This document shows, piece by piece, positions 22,389 through 34,570 of a DNA stretch of 64,000 nucleotides (position 1 is its first letter; each line of letters opens with the position of its first letter). Position numbers and translations under genes: made by a program. Source of the stretch: the human T2T-CHM13v2.0 reference genome, Homo sapiens. The notes under the pieces are model-generated. The model was not told where the DNA came from, ran no database searches, and saw nothing but the letters and a program-made list of their open reading frames with translations. The DNA is taken from assembly GCF_009914755.1 (NCBI RefSeq), contig NC_060925.1; one strand, 5' to 3'.

Positions 22389-22457
22389 ATAAATTTTCAA
22401 CCGAGGTAGCAGATATTGGTCAAGTAAAGATACTTGCAGAGAACATTATTATTTTAC

Positions 22458-22658
22458 CTTTTCTAGTACATAAAGGATATTTCACTTCTCCTCTGTTGCA
22501 CTGCACAGATAATTCAGACAATGGGGTTAATGGAGATAAGTCATATCCCTGTTTACATACAAAATCTATTAAATCTCCATGTAAGACTTTCCCTTCATAT
22601 TTCCACTTCATTTCTATGTTATTTCTGTTCATGTAATCCACATTAACAGTACATGGTT
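22458..22658 (-). CDS. F13B: F13B exon 9, Sushi 8
   Basis: 201 nt; tacag| and |gtaaaa; EPCTVNVDYM...YPLCTRK. Confidence 0.97.
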
Positions 22659-23097
22659 CTGTAAAACAAAATGCTCTTTTAAATTCTTTACTTGTCTGAC
22701 AAATATAAAAGTGATATTTTTTAAAACAAAAATTATGACAAGTTTCAAAAGCAATATTTTATAATTGAAATCATAATTAAGGCTTCTCTCACACACATAT
22801 ATATATAAGAAAATATATACTTTATTACTATCAAATGAATCTATACATTATTGTCATAAACTAAAACCACTTAATTTAAAACATCAAAAATACTATTTAA
22901 GGGCATCAATCAGTTAGATTAATAATAATTTTCTTTCTATAAAATAAAAACCTTTAACTACCATGTAGAAAATAATAGAAAACCTGCTAATGAATAAAAC
23001 CAAGACTCCTGCTCCCATGGAGCTTACCTTCTAACTGGGAGAAACACCTACAATACATAATAAATATAATAAAGACATGAATTGTATAATTTGTGGC

Positions 23098-23459
23098 TGA
23101 TATGGTTTGGCTGTGTGCCTACCCAAATCTCATCTTGAATTGTAGCTCCCATAATTCCCATATGTCATGGGAGGAACCTGGTTGGAGGTAATTGAATCCT
23201 GGGGTGGGTCTTTCCCATGCTGTTCTCATTACAGTGAATAAGTCTCATGAGATCTGATGGTTTTATAAAGGGGAGTTTCCCTGCACATGCTCTCTTGCTT
23301 GCCACCTTGTAAGACGTTCCATGCTTCTCCTTTGTCTTCTACCATGATTGTGAGGCCTCCCCAGCCATGTGGAACTGTGAGTGCATTAAATCTCTTTCCT
23401 TTATAAATTACCCAGTCTCAGGTATGTCTTTATTAGCAGCATGAGAACAGACTAACACA
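23098..23459 (+). mobile_element. Solo THE1 (C/D-like) MaLR LTR
   Basis: tgatatggtttggctgtg...gactaacaca; 5-bp TSD gtggc on both sides. Confidence 0.9.
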
Positions 23460-25538
23460 GTGGCCATCTTTAAACTACAGCATAAGATAAATTAGATGAA
23501 AAAAAGAGTACTGGAGCAGGAGGGGGTAACAAAAGAGCTAGGTGAAGAGAAGTTGCACTTTTCAGTAAGGTGATTAGGGTAGGCCTAAATAAGAAGTAAA
23601 AAAGCTTGAAGGGGACTTTGCACAAAAGCTTGAAGGAGACTGAGTGAACCATGTCATTTTCTTATGAAAGAGTGTCCCAAGCAAAGGGAACAACCAGTGC
23701 AAAGGCCCTGAAGTGAGAGCATTCTTGGCTTGTTTGTGGAAGAGTAAGGAGACCAGAAAGACTGGAGTGATTAGAGCAGGGAAGAGAGTATGGAGAGGTT
23801 AGAGAGACTCTTAATGTCTGGAATAATAATTCCTACAGAGAAAATTCTATGCTTTATCATACTGTTGTGAATTTGTACTGATAGCCTTTCCAGTTTCAAT
23901 AGTTACCAAGATATACAAAGCCCCTTTCTCTTGCCCTGATAACAATGATTAATCTTCATTTGGTATTTGCTTTGATTCATTAGGACCAAACCTAACTCTC
24001 TTGAGGCAGTTGTTCCAGATATAGAATGATGTATTTCCTTAAATGTTGTTATTTCCTTATGAGCTTGTTTCATTACCAGCTTTGCCATAAATATTTTAAT
24101 CTAGTCTTTGTCCTTAGAGATTACTATATCTCCACTCAATGCAATATCAACCAAAGCATCAAAAACTTAATATCAAAAACATTTATAAAAATATGAGACC
24201 AATAGCAAAATTCTATGTGAATATGTATCTGTATCTGAATTTGAATGGGAATCGACTCCTAAGAATTACTTGAAAGGTGGAAACTACTAACAAAAGGTTG
24301 AAAGAGCTCAAGACTTAAAACATACACTTATATATACTTAAAAACACTATAAATAAAAATAAATTAAAAATAATTGCAATAAACATGATTCTCAATTGGA
24401 TAAAATAATTTATATATAGATTTATAAGTATGAAAAAATGGCTAAACTATGAATAATTAATTCATGTAAAAAAACCTGTGGCTACTAGAAAGTTAAAAAA
24501 TTCCAAATTAATTAATTCTTAAATAAATCAAATTAAAATAATTGTGCTTGCCTGCTTAACAAAAAATGTCAAGATTAAAATATTCAAAGTTAACAAAGAT
24601 TAGGATGATTACTACTTTAATTCACTTATGGTAGGGTTAACAAAGCAGAACAAACTTTCTGATAGACAATTTGCCAATTAATAGAAAAAGAATTAAAATT
24701 CCTGATCTCATGATAATTATTTTTAACAAAAATAAATATGTTTAACATGTACAAAGATTTACTTGAAAGTGTACTGTTTGGAATATAAAAATGTTGAACA
24801 CTAAACATCCATCAATAAACTGGTTAAATTACATATGTATATCTGCATTATGGAATACTATGCAGCCATTAAAGTATATATTGTAGAAGTATGACAAACC
24901 ATGTTTACAATATATTTTGAGTGAAAAAATCTAAGATATATACCTCTGCATCATATCATAGCATTTTGTGGAGTGTGTGCTTGTGTGTGTAAAACATTTA
25001 GAAGACCATTTATTATCTAAGTCATTAGCAAACACTTTTATATAATCAACAAGATGTAACAAACGTGTCCATTCAGATGAGGATGCGGTGGTAAAATTTA
25101 GCAATATACTCTATATAATATACTCTATAATATATTAGCAATATACTCTACCAAGGAAAGAATAGGACTAATTATTCTTCTTGAAATGACATTCTGAGGG
25201 CAATACAAGCAGAGATATTGAGGGCTGTATACCAGGGAGGGAATTTCAGCTAGGAGAAAGACAACCCAAAAGCTAATTGGTCACAAAAATGTTAATATAC
25301 TTAATGCCACTGAATTGTACACTTAAAAATAGCTACGGTGGTAAATTTTATGTTATGTATATTTTACCACAATAGAAAAAATACACTAATATTTTAGGGA
25401 CTTTCTACTTAAAGAAATGAGAGAGAAAACACTTGTGAAAAAAGATTTGTACAAAATCATCATTTTCATGATATAAAACACTGTAAGAAAATCACATAAA
25501 AGTACAAACGTAGACATTCCATGTGTTCTCTTTCTTAC

Positions 25539-25721
25539 CCAAGCAAACAGGTGGGGATGACCATTTTCCTTGTTCGCAACGAGATATTTTTGATCCCCTC
25601 AGTAAGTAATATTCATTGCATCTATATTCCACTGAGGATCCTGTTGCATAGCTTGCCAATATCCCGTCTGCAACAGCCCCATTCATTACAACAGGAGGAT
25701 GCTTACAATTCTCATTATTTT
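25539..25721 (-). CDS. F13B: F13B exon 8, Sushi 7
   Basis: 183 nt; cttag| and |gtaaga; ENNENCKHPP...WSSPPVCL. Confidence 0.97.
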
Positions 25722-26836
25722 CTAAGAAAAGAGGTTGTTTTAAAATTAATATGAGCTCATAACAATATACTATAGTAACTCATACTATAGTGTCTCGATA
25801 TTTGTATTATATAATTTAGGACAATTGTTTTATAAATTCATTACAAATATGAAAAATTTTTTCAGCTCAAATATTTTTAAAATTTGCTAAGCAAGAGTTG
25901 ACAGCAAATATGTTACCTAAAAACAACTATACGTATTTTTCTCTTTTCTCAATTGTGAAGGAATTATGATATACACATTTCTTAAACCTATAGAATGAGA
26001 AACTGTTCTTCAACCTAAAGATTATGGTCAATTCTAAAATTGCTCTTTGGCATTACCCCACTTTTATTTTCTTCTTTTTCATTCCTCTTCATCTCAGGTC
26101 TCAATAGACCCATGAAGGAAATATCAATTTTTTTCCTCTTTTTGGTATCTTTCTCTCACTTTATCTATTTCTTTAGCATCCTTCATTGCTTTTGTCTTAT
26201 TTAATAAATATCCTAGATAAACATGTGTGTGGAGATGTTGCTCTGATCTGATTAAGAAATGAGATAGATGACAGGAAGAGTAGTCTCCAGGAATGATAGT
26301 GTAGCCTGGTGGTGCCTTTCAGTAAAATGAAAGACCAGGGACATGTCTCAGAAGGGCATAAGGTTCAGAATGGCCAGATGCAAAATATCAGCAGGACTTA
26401 CCCAAGGTCAAGAACAGAATGCACTACCCTAACTTTGCAGGACATATGGGGAGAAGAAGTAGATAATGCTCATGGCCCGTCACTCAATCCACCATGCCCT
26501 TATTTACTTATCTAATGAAGCACATCGTCATTTATGTGTTGTCATTTAGAACTTACAGGTAATGGCATGACACAGATCAGATAACCGTGCTTAGCACTAG
26601 CGTTCAAAAAAAACTTTTGTTTAAGAATTCTTTACATTGACTTAAATTCTACAGATAGCTACACATACAGGCACACACACATGCACACATGCAAAGCAGA
26701 AGAGTAGGTGCTGTAGCAATGTGTTTCTAATTTGCCTAAGCAGTGGTCTTTTCCTAGGAATATTCAGATTAAAGTAACAGAATGGAAAATTTTACACCAT
26801 AAGTTTAGCTACTGATGGTAAATGTAGCATACATAC

Positions 26837-27022
26837 CAACACACTCAGGAGGAAGTGTCCATTTTCCACGATTACAAGTTATCTCATTCGATCCATGGAG
26901 AAGGTAGCCGCTTTTACATGCATATGTCACTTTATCCCCATTGTAATAAATCTTAGAGTGTAAATTTGCTGCACCATTTTCAATGAAGGGTGGTTCCTCA
27001 CAGGCTACCTTCTCCTGTCCTT
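26837..27022 (-). CDS. F13B: F13B exon 7, Sushi 6
   Basis: 186 nt; ttcag| and |gtatgt; EGQEKVACEEPP...WTLPPECV; preceded by an 87-nt intron. Confidence 0.96.
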
Positions 27023-27109
27023 CTGAAAAGGTACAGTTGAAAGAGAACTGACCATTTAGCTACACATGCAGATTTCATTTTAGCAAAGCTTCTTCAAGGT
27101 GTTACTAAC

Positions 27110-27289
27110 CAATGCATTTTGGAGGTTCTGTCCATTTTCCATCTTCACAACGTATTTCTGCTGACCCATGGATCTCAAAATTAAGTTCACATTCTATATG
27201 AACTATTTCTCCATGACGATAAGTTGTTGAATGTGTTTGAATTTTGGAGTTTATGGGCAGAGGTGGAGGAGGACATCTGTTTCTTCTTC
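27110..27289 (-). CDS. F13B: F13B exon 6, Sushi 5
   Basis: 180 nt; ataag| acceptor and |gttagt donor; GRRNRCPPPPLP...WTEPPKCI. Confidence 0.96.
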
Positions 27290-27387
27290 CTTATGGAAAA
27301 AATTAATCAGCACCTTTAGTCATATAATTACAAAAAATAATAAAGATTAAATTAAAATATTCATCATGTCAAGCATCATAGAGAGAA

Positions 27388-27963
27388 TGGCAGACTGATT
27401 CTAGGAGCATTCCTTTGATCCTCACCTCCTGATGTTAACTTCCTTGTGTGATACCCCTTTCCATGAGTAGGACCTGTGACTTGCTTCTAGCCCACAAAAT
27501 ACAGCAAAGGTGATGGATTAGTACGTGATTATGCACACATAATTATGTAACATCAGTTTTTAACGCCATTCTTGCCAAGAGACTCTCTATCCTTGCTGGT
27601 TTTGAAGAAACAAGAGGCTACATCATGAGCTTCCAAAGCAGAACGGCTGCAAGGCAAGGGGCAGAGGGCTGCCTTCAGTTAACAGCCACAAGAAACAGAG
27701 GCTCTCAGTTCAGCAGTCTGCAAAGCACTGAATGCTGCCAATAACTACAGTGAGTTTGGAAGAAGTCTTGCCCAGTCAAGCCTCAGATGAGACTGCAGTC
27801 CAGCTAACATCTTGATTGCAGCTTTGATAGCCATCGATGCAAGGAGTCGGTTAAGCCGCACCCAGACCCCCAACCTACACCCAATGGGAAATAATTTCTT
27901 TGTGTTGTTTTAACCTGCTGAGTTTGTGGTGACATTGTTACGCACCAATAGAATACTAACACA
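27388..27963 (+). mobile_element. MLT1-family MaLR LTR
   Basis: tggcagactgattcta...aatagaatactaacaca; recalled MLT1E/F-like consensus. Confidence 0.7.
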
Positions 27964-28149
27964 GCAGGCATTTTACATTCATTACCTCTTTTAGTCCTAA
28001 AATAACTTTATTAAGTAGGAACTATTATTTCTCCCATGTTATAGACAAACTAAAACTTATGAAGTAAATAAATTAATAGCATGTAGCAGATCTGTTCTTG
28101 AACCCACGTCTGTCTAAATTAAAGTCTCCTGCTCTAAAATACTGACCAC

Positions 28150-28636
28150 ACTACTTTCCTATTGCTGCTTTGATGAATTACAATTTAGTGGCTTAAAACA
28201 GCACAGATTTATCCTCCTACAGTCCTAGAGGCCAGAAGTCCAGAGTCAGTTTCACTGGACTAAAATCGAGATATCAGGAGAGCCACATTCCTGCTGGAGA
28301 CTTTGGAGGAGAATCAGCTACTTTGCCTTTTCTAGCTTCTTGAAATCACCTGTATTCCTTGGCTCACAACCCCTTCCTCAAAACATTTCAACCTGTGGCT
28401 TCCATTGTCACATCTCCTGCTTCCTCTTCTGCAGTCAATCTCCCTCTGCCTCCCTTTTATAAAAGCATTTGTGATTATATTTAGAGTCTGGATAGATAGT
28501 TCCAGATAATATTCCTACCTTAAGATTGTTAACCTCAAAGTGTCTTGTACCGTGTAAGGTAACGTTTAATGGTTCTCAGTATTAGAATGTGGCTATATTT
28601 TGGGAGGAGTAAGAGAGATATAATTCAGCCCACAAC
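28150..28636 (-). mobile_element. MLT1-family MaLR LTR (antisense)
   Basis: tttcctattgctgc...tagtggcttaaaacagcacagatttatc motif. Confidence 0.6.
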
Positions 28637-28760
28637 TGAATTATATTGTTGTGGGCTGAATTATATTAGCCATTGTATGCCTAATGACTGTTTACCGGAA
28701 AAAACAGGCATGTTGTCATGCTGGCTAATTTGGAAGAGGAGAAGGGTATAAAAGGCCTTA

Positions 28761-29104
<344 letters not shown>

Positions 29105-30189
29105 CTACTACTATACCAAGGATGTCGAGCACAAATGAAAAATCATAAAATCTTTAAAGTTACTGTACAGTGCATTTAGGGAATTATGATAGTTCTGGCA
29201 ATCCCACTGCATACCCATGGTCAGAGCCCTCATTTGTTTCCCCTAGCACCTGTTTCAAATCTTCACCACTTTCCTCCAAGTTCTACCTTCATGTCTTTCA
29301 CCTGCCTGTCAATAGACCTTATATCCCATATTACAGAAAATAAAAAATGACTATCAAACCCTTTGCCTCACCCTATCCTCCCAATTCTCAAACTGCTACT
29401 TATCTCTTAAGACCCAACTTAAATATTGTCCATCACTTCTGTGAATGCTATTCCACAGCATACCAATCAGAATCTCTAATGTTTATTCCTGCACTTTGTA
29501 CCTGAGTTGATTGTACCATTTGTCACATTATAGCAATTATTTTTTTCATATCTGCAATTACTGTTTTCATATCTTCTGCTAGTATAGGACCCTCCTCATA
29601 TTAAATTGTAGGTTTGTTTAAATAACTATGGATGTCTTCTGACAGGTAATTGCATTACCTGTTTGGACACTTCCAGTAATAGAAATGTGACCATAGATAT
29701 TACATTTTTGGGCAGCTTTTACAAGATGACCTCTTTTCCCATTTTCACTTCTGGGCATTATTCTTCTGCTTTTCCTGCTTTCTCTGCTTTCTACCTCACT
29801 ATTTTGGAGATTAATTTTTACATCTGGAAATATGTGGCAAATTAAGAGAAAATATCCTTGCAAAGCTGCCAGATTGGGGTAATTAGTCCTAATAATTCCC
29901 AATAAGAAAAGTTATTCGTTATAATAAGGGATTTAAAATGTATAATAGATATTTTAAAATAATAAATTTAAAAGATATAGTCATTTACAAACTAAGACAA
30001 AACAAGATTTATTCAGGTGGGATATATTAAAGATTGCTGAAAATAGCACTGATTTAAAAGATAATATTTATTTTAAAAATAGGACTCAGGAAAAAAAATA
30101 GATATGACCACAGGAATTTTGTCAGAGCTAATAGAGATTAAAGCTGATAAAGACATGGCATTTTGCGAGTATTAAATTTAAAAATTTAC

Positions 30190-30366
30190 CTTCGCATACA
30201 GGAGATTCTGGGTACCAACCAAAGTTATAGCATTGAATTAAATCAGATCCACTTAGATAATAATTTTCATGACAGAAAAACTGAACGACATCTCCTTCTT
30301 CATAGGTTTGCTTTACAGGATGAAAATAACCATTTTCAATTAATCTTAAAGAAGAGCACTTTAATT
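30190..30366 (-). CDS. F13B: F13B exon 5, Sushi 4
   Basis: 177 nt; tgcag| and |gtaaat; KLKCSSLRLIENG...WYPESPVCE. Confidence 0.97.
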
Positions 30367-30722
30367 CTGCAAATAAAAGAATGAATAAAATTACAAACAA
30401 ATGTTTATTTTTTCTGCTACAACAAAATGCACTATTTACATGACATAACTAGAATAGAAATTAAATTTGCCAAAAAGCTTATGAATTCATTTTATATATT
30501 TGTTAAATATCATTAGGCTTATTCTAATTTAATTCTGTGAGCTAAAATGAATTTATTCTACTTGAGAGCTTTAATTATCAAAGACTGCTATCAACATAAT
30601 TAAAAATAAAGGCAAAAATGCATGAAAAGGTGAAACATAATGAGCATGACAACTTATATACACTTCTCTATGAGAAAAAGCTTTCAGAGTGAGAGTAGAT
30701 TTTATTCCAAATGAGAACCTAC

Positions 30723-30899
30723 TGGTACATTTTGGTGTGAGAGACCATCCGTATGTGAGACATTCTACCTCCTCTGTCTTCTTTCCTCCAGCTGTGTAGT
30801 AGCCAGTAGCACATTCGTATTGTACTTTGTCCTTCACTTTGAATGTTTTCTGTGTTGTGGAATAATTTCCATTATATAATTCAGGAGCCAAACATGTTT
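30723..30899 (-). CDS. F13B: F13B exon 4, Sushi 3
   Basis: 177 nt; tttag| and |gtaggt; ETCLAPELYNGNY...WSLTPKCT. Confidence 0.97.
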
Positions 30900-31607
30900 C
30901 TAAAATTATAAAAATTATTTATTTTATAAACTTTTTTAATAACCTAGATTATAAAAAATCTCAAAATATGGTTTTACAAATCTTAAGAATACATGGTAAA
31001 ATCAACTCTTAGCAAAATTGAAAAATAGCCCCAATTTTTCTTTGCCTCTATTCTCTTCTTCATACACCTTGTGACCTAACTCTACCAGTTTTCTGTTTTT
31101 AAAATTCTAGTCTACAAGTGCTTGACCAAAGGCCAAAATTCAACTAAAGGCTTGTGCAGTAGCAATTGTGAAAGTATGTGCTGTCTATGCATTTTTACAA
31201 TTTAAACAACTTACTAACAAAGTATACATATATTTAAATTATTGAACTATTTTTAAGTATATCTGACATTGGTTCACAATATAAAATAATGTACATGATC
31301 TTAAATTCTTCTGTAATAAAGGAAATAGTGACATATAAAGAAAAAGCTTCTTTCATTTTATTCCATTCCAATTCCTTTTATTGATGCAAAGTAGGAACTA
31401 TTGGCGTAGGTGGGTTGTAGGGATTGAGAACATTTGGATTAAGGAATCACCTAGTACTTGAGAAAAGCAATGTAATATCAACTTCCTGCATTGTAGACAT
31501 AATGAAAAATAAATTCTATTAAATAATAGATATCAATATAAGCTTCAATATATTCAATATAAGCTTGATAAGCACTTATCTTCAGTTTTAGGAAATGATT
31601 CTTATAC

Positions 31608-31793
31608 CATGTTCTTTCCTACAGGTTGGTTGAGAAGACCATCCATCAGAGAGACATTGAACCACTTCTTCATCCTTCCCTCCAGTGGTTTTGTACCCTG
31701 AAGCGCAACCATAACGCATGTTCTCTTGAATTTTATACAATAACTTTACATCAGAGATGTAACCATTACTCAGGTCAGGCTTAGTGCATTTTT
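31608..31793 (-). CDS. F13B: F13B exon 3, Sushi 2 (KKCTKPDLSNGY...QPTCRKEH)
   Basis: 186 nt; catag| and |gtataa; translated by hand because it is absent from the ORF track. Confidence 0.97.
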
Positions 31794-32680
31794 CTATGGG
31801 AAAAAAAATTATTTAACTTAATGATGAAACTAAGCTTGTCTTTTACTAAATTGTAAAATTAAGCCAAAAGTATAATGTTATTATTGGCGATTTCATTTTG
31901 GAAATATCTGCATAATTTTTTTGAAAATGGATTCAATTTAACACTGACTCTCTTTGTATTTACTAATTTTAGTTCTTATAGTAATTTCTACCCCTACCAC
32001 ATCTACTTCTAGATAGGTTTACTAGATATATCAACCACAATAGCCATATTCAACATCCTCTTTTAAACGAAACTGGCTCAACCAAAGCCCCTTACTCTGG
32101 GTCACCTGCCCTAGTGGAAGATCATTGATAGTTTGATGATAGTGTAGCCTGATATAAAATAATGAAATGAGTCAATTAGATTACCTTCTCACAACTTTGA
32201 ACTCAAACTTTCAATTCAAAATTGAAAAACACATTTTTCAATGGGTATCATGAGAGAAGTTGGCACATGAAGAGAGATGAGTCTTACAAATGATAAAGCA
32301 TTAGAGTAGCAATCTTGCCCTTCCAGAGGCCAGAGTTTCAAGCATTTTTCTGGCATCTTATGCTTAATTATCAAAATAAGTTTCTTGTTACTTAAAGTAA
32401 ATTACCTCTCTTTGCCTTGCAATATGATAATTTCAGTTATTACCCTATTCCCTTCAACAGAGTATTATTAAAAACAGATACAGAAAATAACATTTTAATG
32501 TAAAAGCATTATTTACTGGATTTCAAATTATGCCTTCATTTTGTAGAAAGACAGATTGCTAGTGATTTTGTTCTTATCTACTAAAAGGTTTAACCGCTTT
32601 CCATTTTTATTGGACCCCTATTTTTATATACAAATTTCTTTGAGTATTGAAACATTGAGTGACATATCCAGCTGACTTAC

Positions 32681-32881
32681 TGAAGCACCTTGGCTCTGGA
32701 GACCAGCCTTCTGTTGTACACGTGGTTTGCTCTTCTTGTCTTCCACTTTCAGTGGTATAACCAGCCAAGCAGAAAAATGACAATTTTTTGTCTATGCTCA
32801 TTGGAAAGTAAAAGCTTTTAAAAGTATAGTAATATTGGGCAATTCTTCCATTTTCCACATGAGGAAAACCACAGGGTTTCT
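32681..32881 (-). CDS. F13B: F13B exon 2, Sushi 1 (EKPCGFPHVENGRIAQ...WSPEPRCF)
   Basis: 201 nt; tttcag| acceptor and |gtaagt donor; overlaps ORF 32607..32858. Confidence 0.97.
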
Positions 32882-33149
32882 CTGAAATGAGTAAATGTCA
32901 AGCTGAAAATGGAAAAACAAATCTAAAAACATAAATTTGTAATCAGGTGACAATACAAACTAAAAGTTTTTAGAGACACTTCAACTAGTACTTATTTTTC
33001 TTACTTAAATTTTTAAGGTACTTTTGTGACAACTCAAGCAGTCCTTTTATCATAATTGATCTGCAAATGACTTTAAACATCCAACAGTCATGATAAAATT
33101 TAGCAGACCACTTTTTCAGGGAAGCTTTGCATAACTTCGTAGAACAGTA

Positions 33150-33445
33150 CTTTTTTTTTTCTTCCTAGACACAGAGTCTTCCTCAGTTATCCAAGCTTCA
33201 GTGCAGTGCTGAAATATAGCTCACTGCCACCAGGAGCTCCTGGGCTTAAGCAAGCCTCCTCTCCTGTAGCTAGGACTGCAGGCACATGCCACCACATCTG
33301 GCTAATTTTTGTTTTATTTTTTGTAGAGATGAGGGGTCTCACTCTGTTGCTCACGCTGGTCTCAAACTCCTGGACTCAAAGGATCCTTCTGCTTTGGCCT
33401 CCCAAAGCACTAGGATTACAAGACTTGAACCACTCCACCCTGCCT
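33150..33445 (-). mobile_element. AluJ
   Basis: Diverged antisense Alu. Confidence 0.85.
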
Positions 33446-33724
33446 GCACTTCCTAATAGATATGTATTGTAAGTCACTTATGTAATTTAAAAATTTCTAA
33501 TAGTCACATTCATAAAAATACTAAGGAACAATTGAAGTTAGTTTTAATAATAGGTTTTTATTTAACCCAATATATTGAAAATATTTTACATTCTTTTTTT
33601 TTCTAACTCTTTAAAATCCACTACATATTTATACTTACAGAATATCTGATCTTGAACTAGTGACATTTTAAGTACTGTCTCCAATAGCTATATGTGGCTG
33701 ATGGCCACTGTATTGGACAGTACA
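33446..33724. mobile_element. MER33/MER3-like hAT MITE
   Basis: Ends atgtggctgatggccactgtattggacagtacag. Confidence 0.6.
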
Positions 33725-33829
33725 GTTCAGGAATAGGTAAAGTTTCTCCTTAACATATGCTAACTCATAAAAAATTTTGAAATAAATAGCATTAAAAGAA
33801 AAAACAGACAACCAAGTAAAACAAAGCAA

Positions 33830-34570
33830 TACTTGGCAAGAACTTGGCAAAATAGGATATTTAAATGGTTAGAGACCTGGTACTTAGCATTACTAGTCAT
33901 CAGGGAAATGAAAATTTAAACCACCATGAGATACTACTGCATATCCAATAGAACTGCTGAAATGAAAAAGACAAGCTATCTCAATGATTGTGAAGAAGTG
34001 AAGAAACTGGAACTCGCATATTTCTACAACTGAAAGTATAAATCAGTCCAAACTCTATGAGAGAACACCTTTGCAATATATATTGGGGTAAAACATGTAC
34101 AAACCATATTACCCAATAAAAAAAGCACATATTTGTATACCAAAAGACATGGAAAAAAATGCTTATAGTGGCAGTATTCATATAGTCCCAAACTGGGAAC
34201 AATCTAAATGCCCATAAATAATAGAAAAGATAAACACATTTTAGACTATGCATACAATGGAATATTATCCAACAACAGAAATGAACAAATGGTGAATCTC
34301 ATAAACATAATATTGAGTGAAAGAAGCCAATCACATATGAATTAATGTATACATTTGCATAACTTTTTAAAAGAAAACAAACTAATCCATGATAATAGAA
34401 GTCAGAATGGTTACCTTTGGGGTTTAGTGCCTTAGAAGGATCATATTTCTGGGGTACTATCACTGTTCTATATCTTGATCTGGATGGTGTAAAATTTTGT
34501 AAAAACTATATAAGTGTATCCTGTGATTTTTGCATTTTTCTGGATATGTTATACTCCAAATAAAACATAT
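33830..34570 (+). mobile_element. Old L1M 3' fragment
   Basis: gtcatcagggaaatgaaaatttaaaccaccatgagatactac and related L1 3' motifs. Confidence 0.65.

Noticed and set aside
25098-25150. Short AT-rich local duplications (also 10299-10337 and 31531-31570)
   Set aside because: Ordinary slippage products with no evident function
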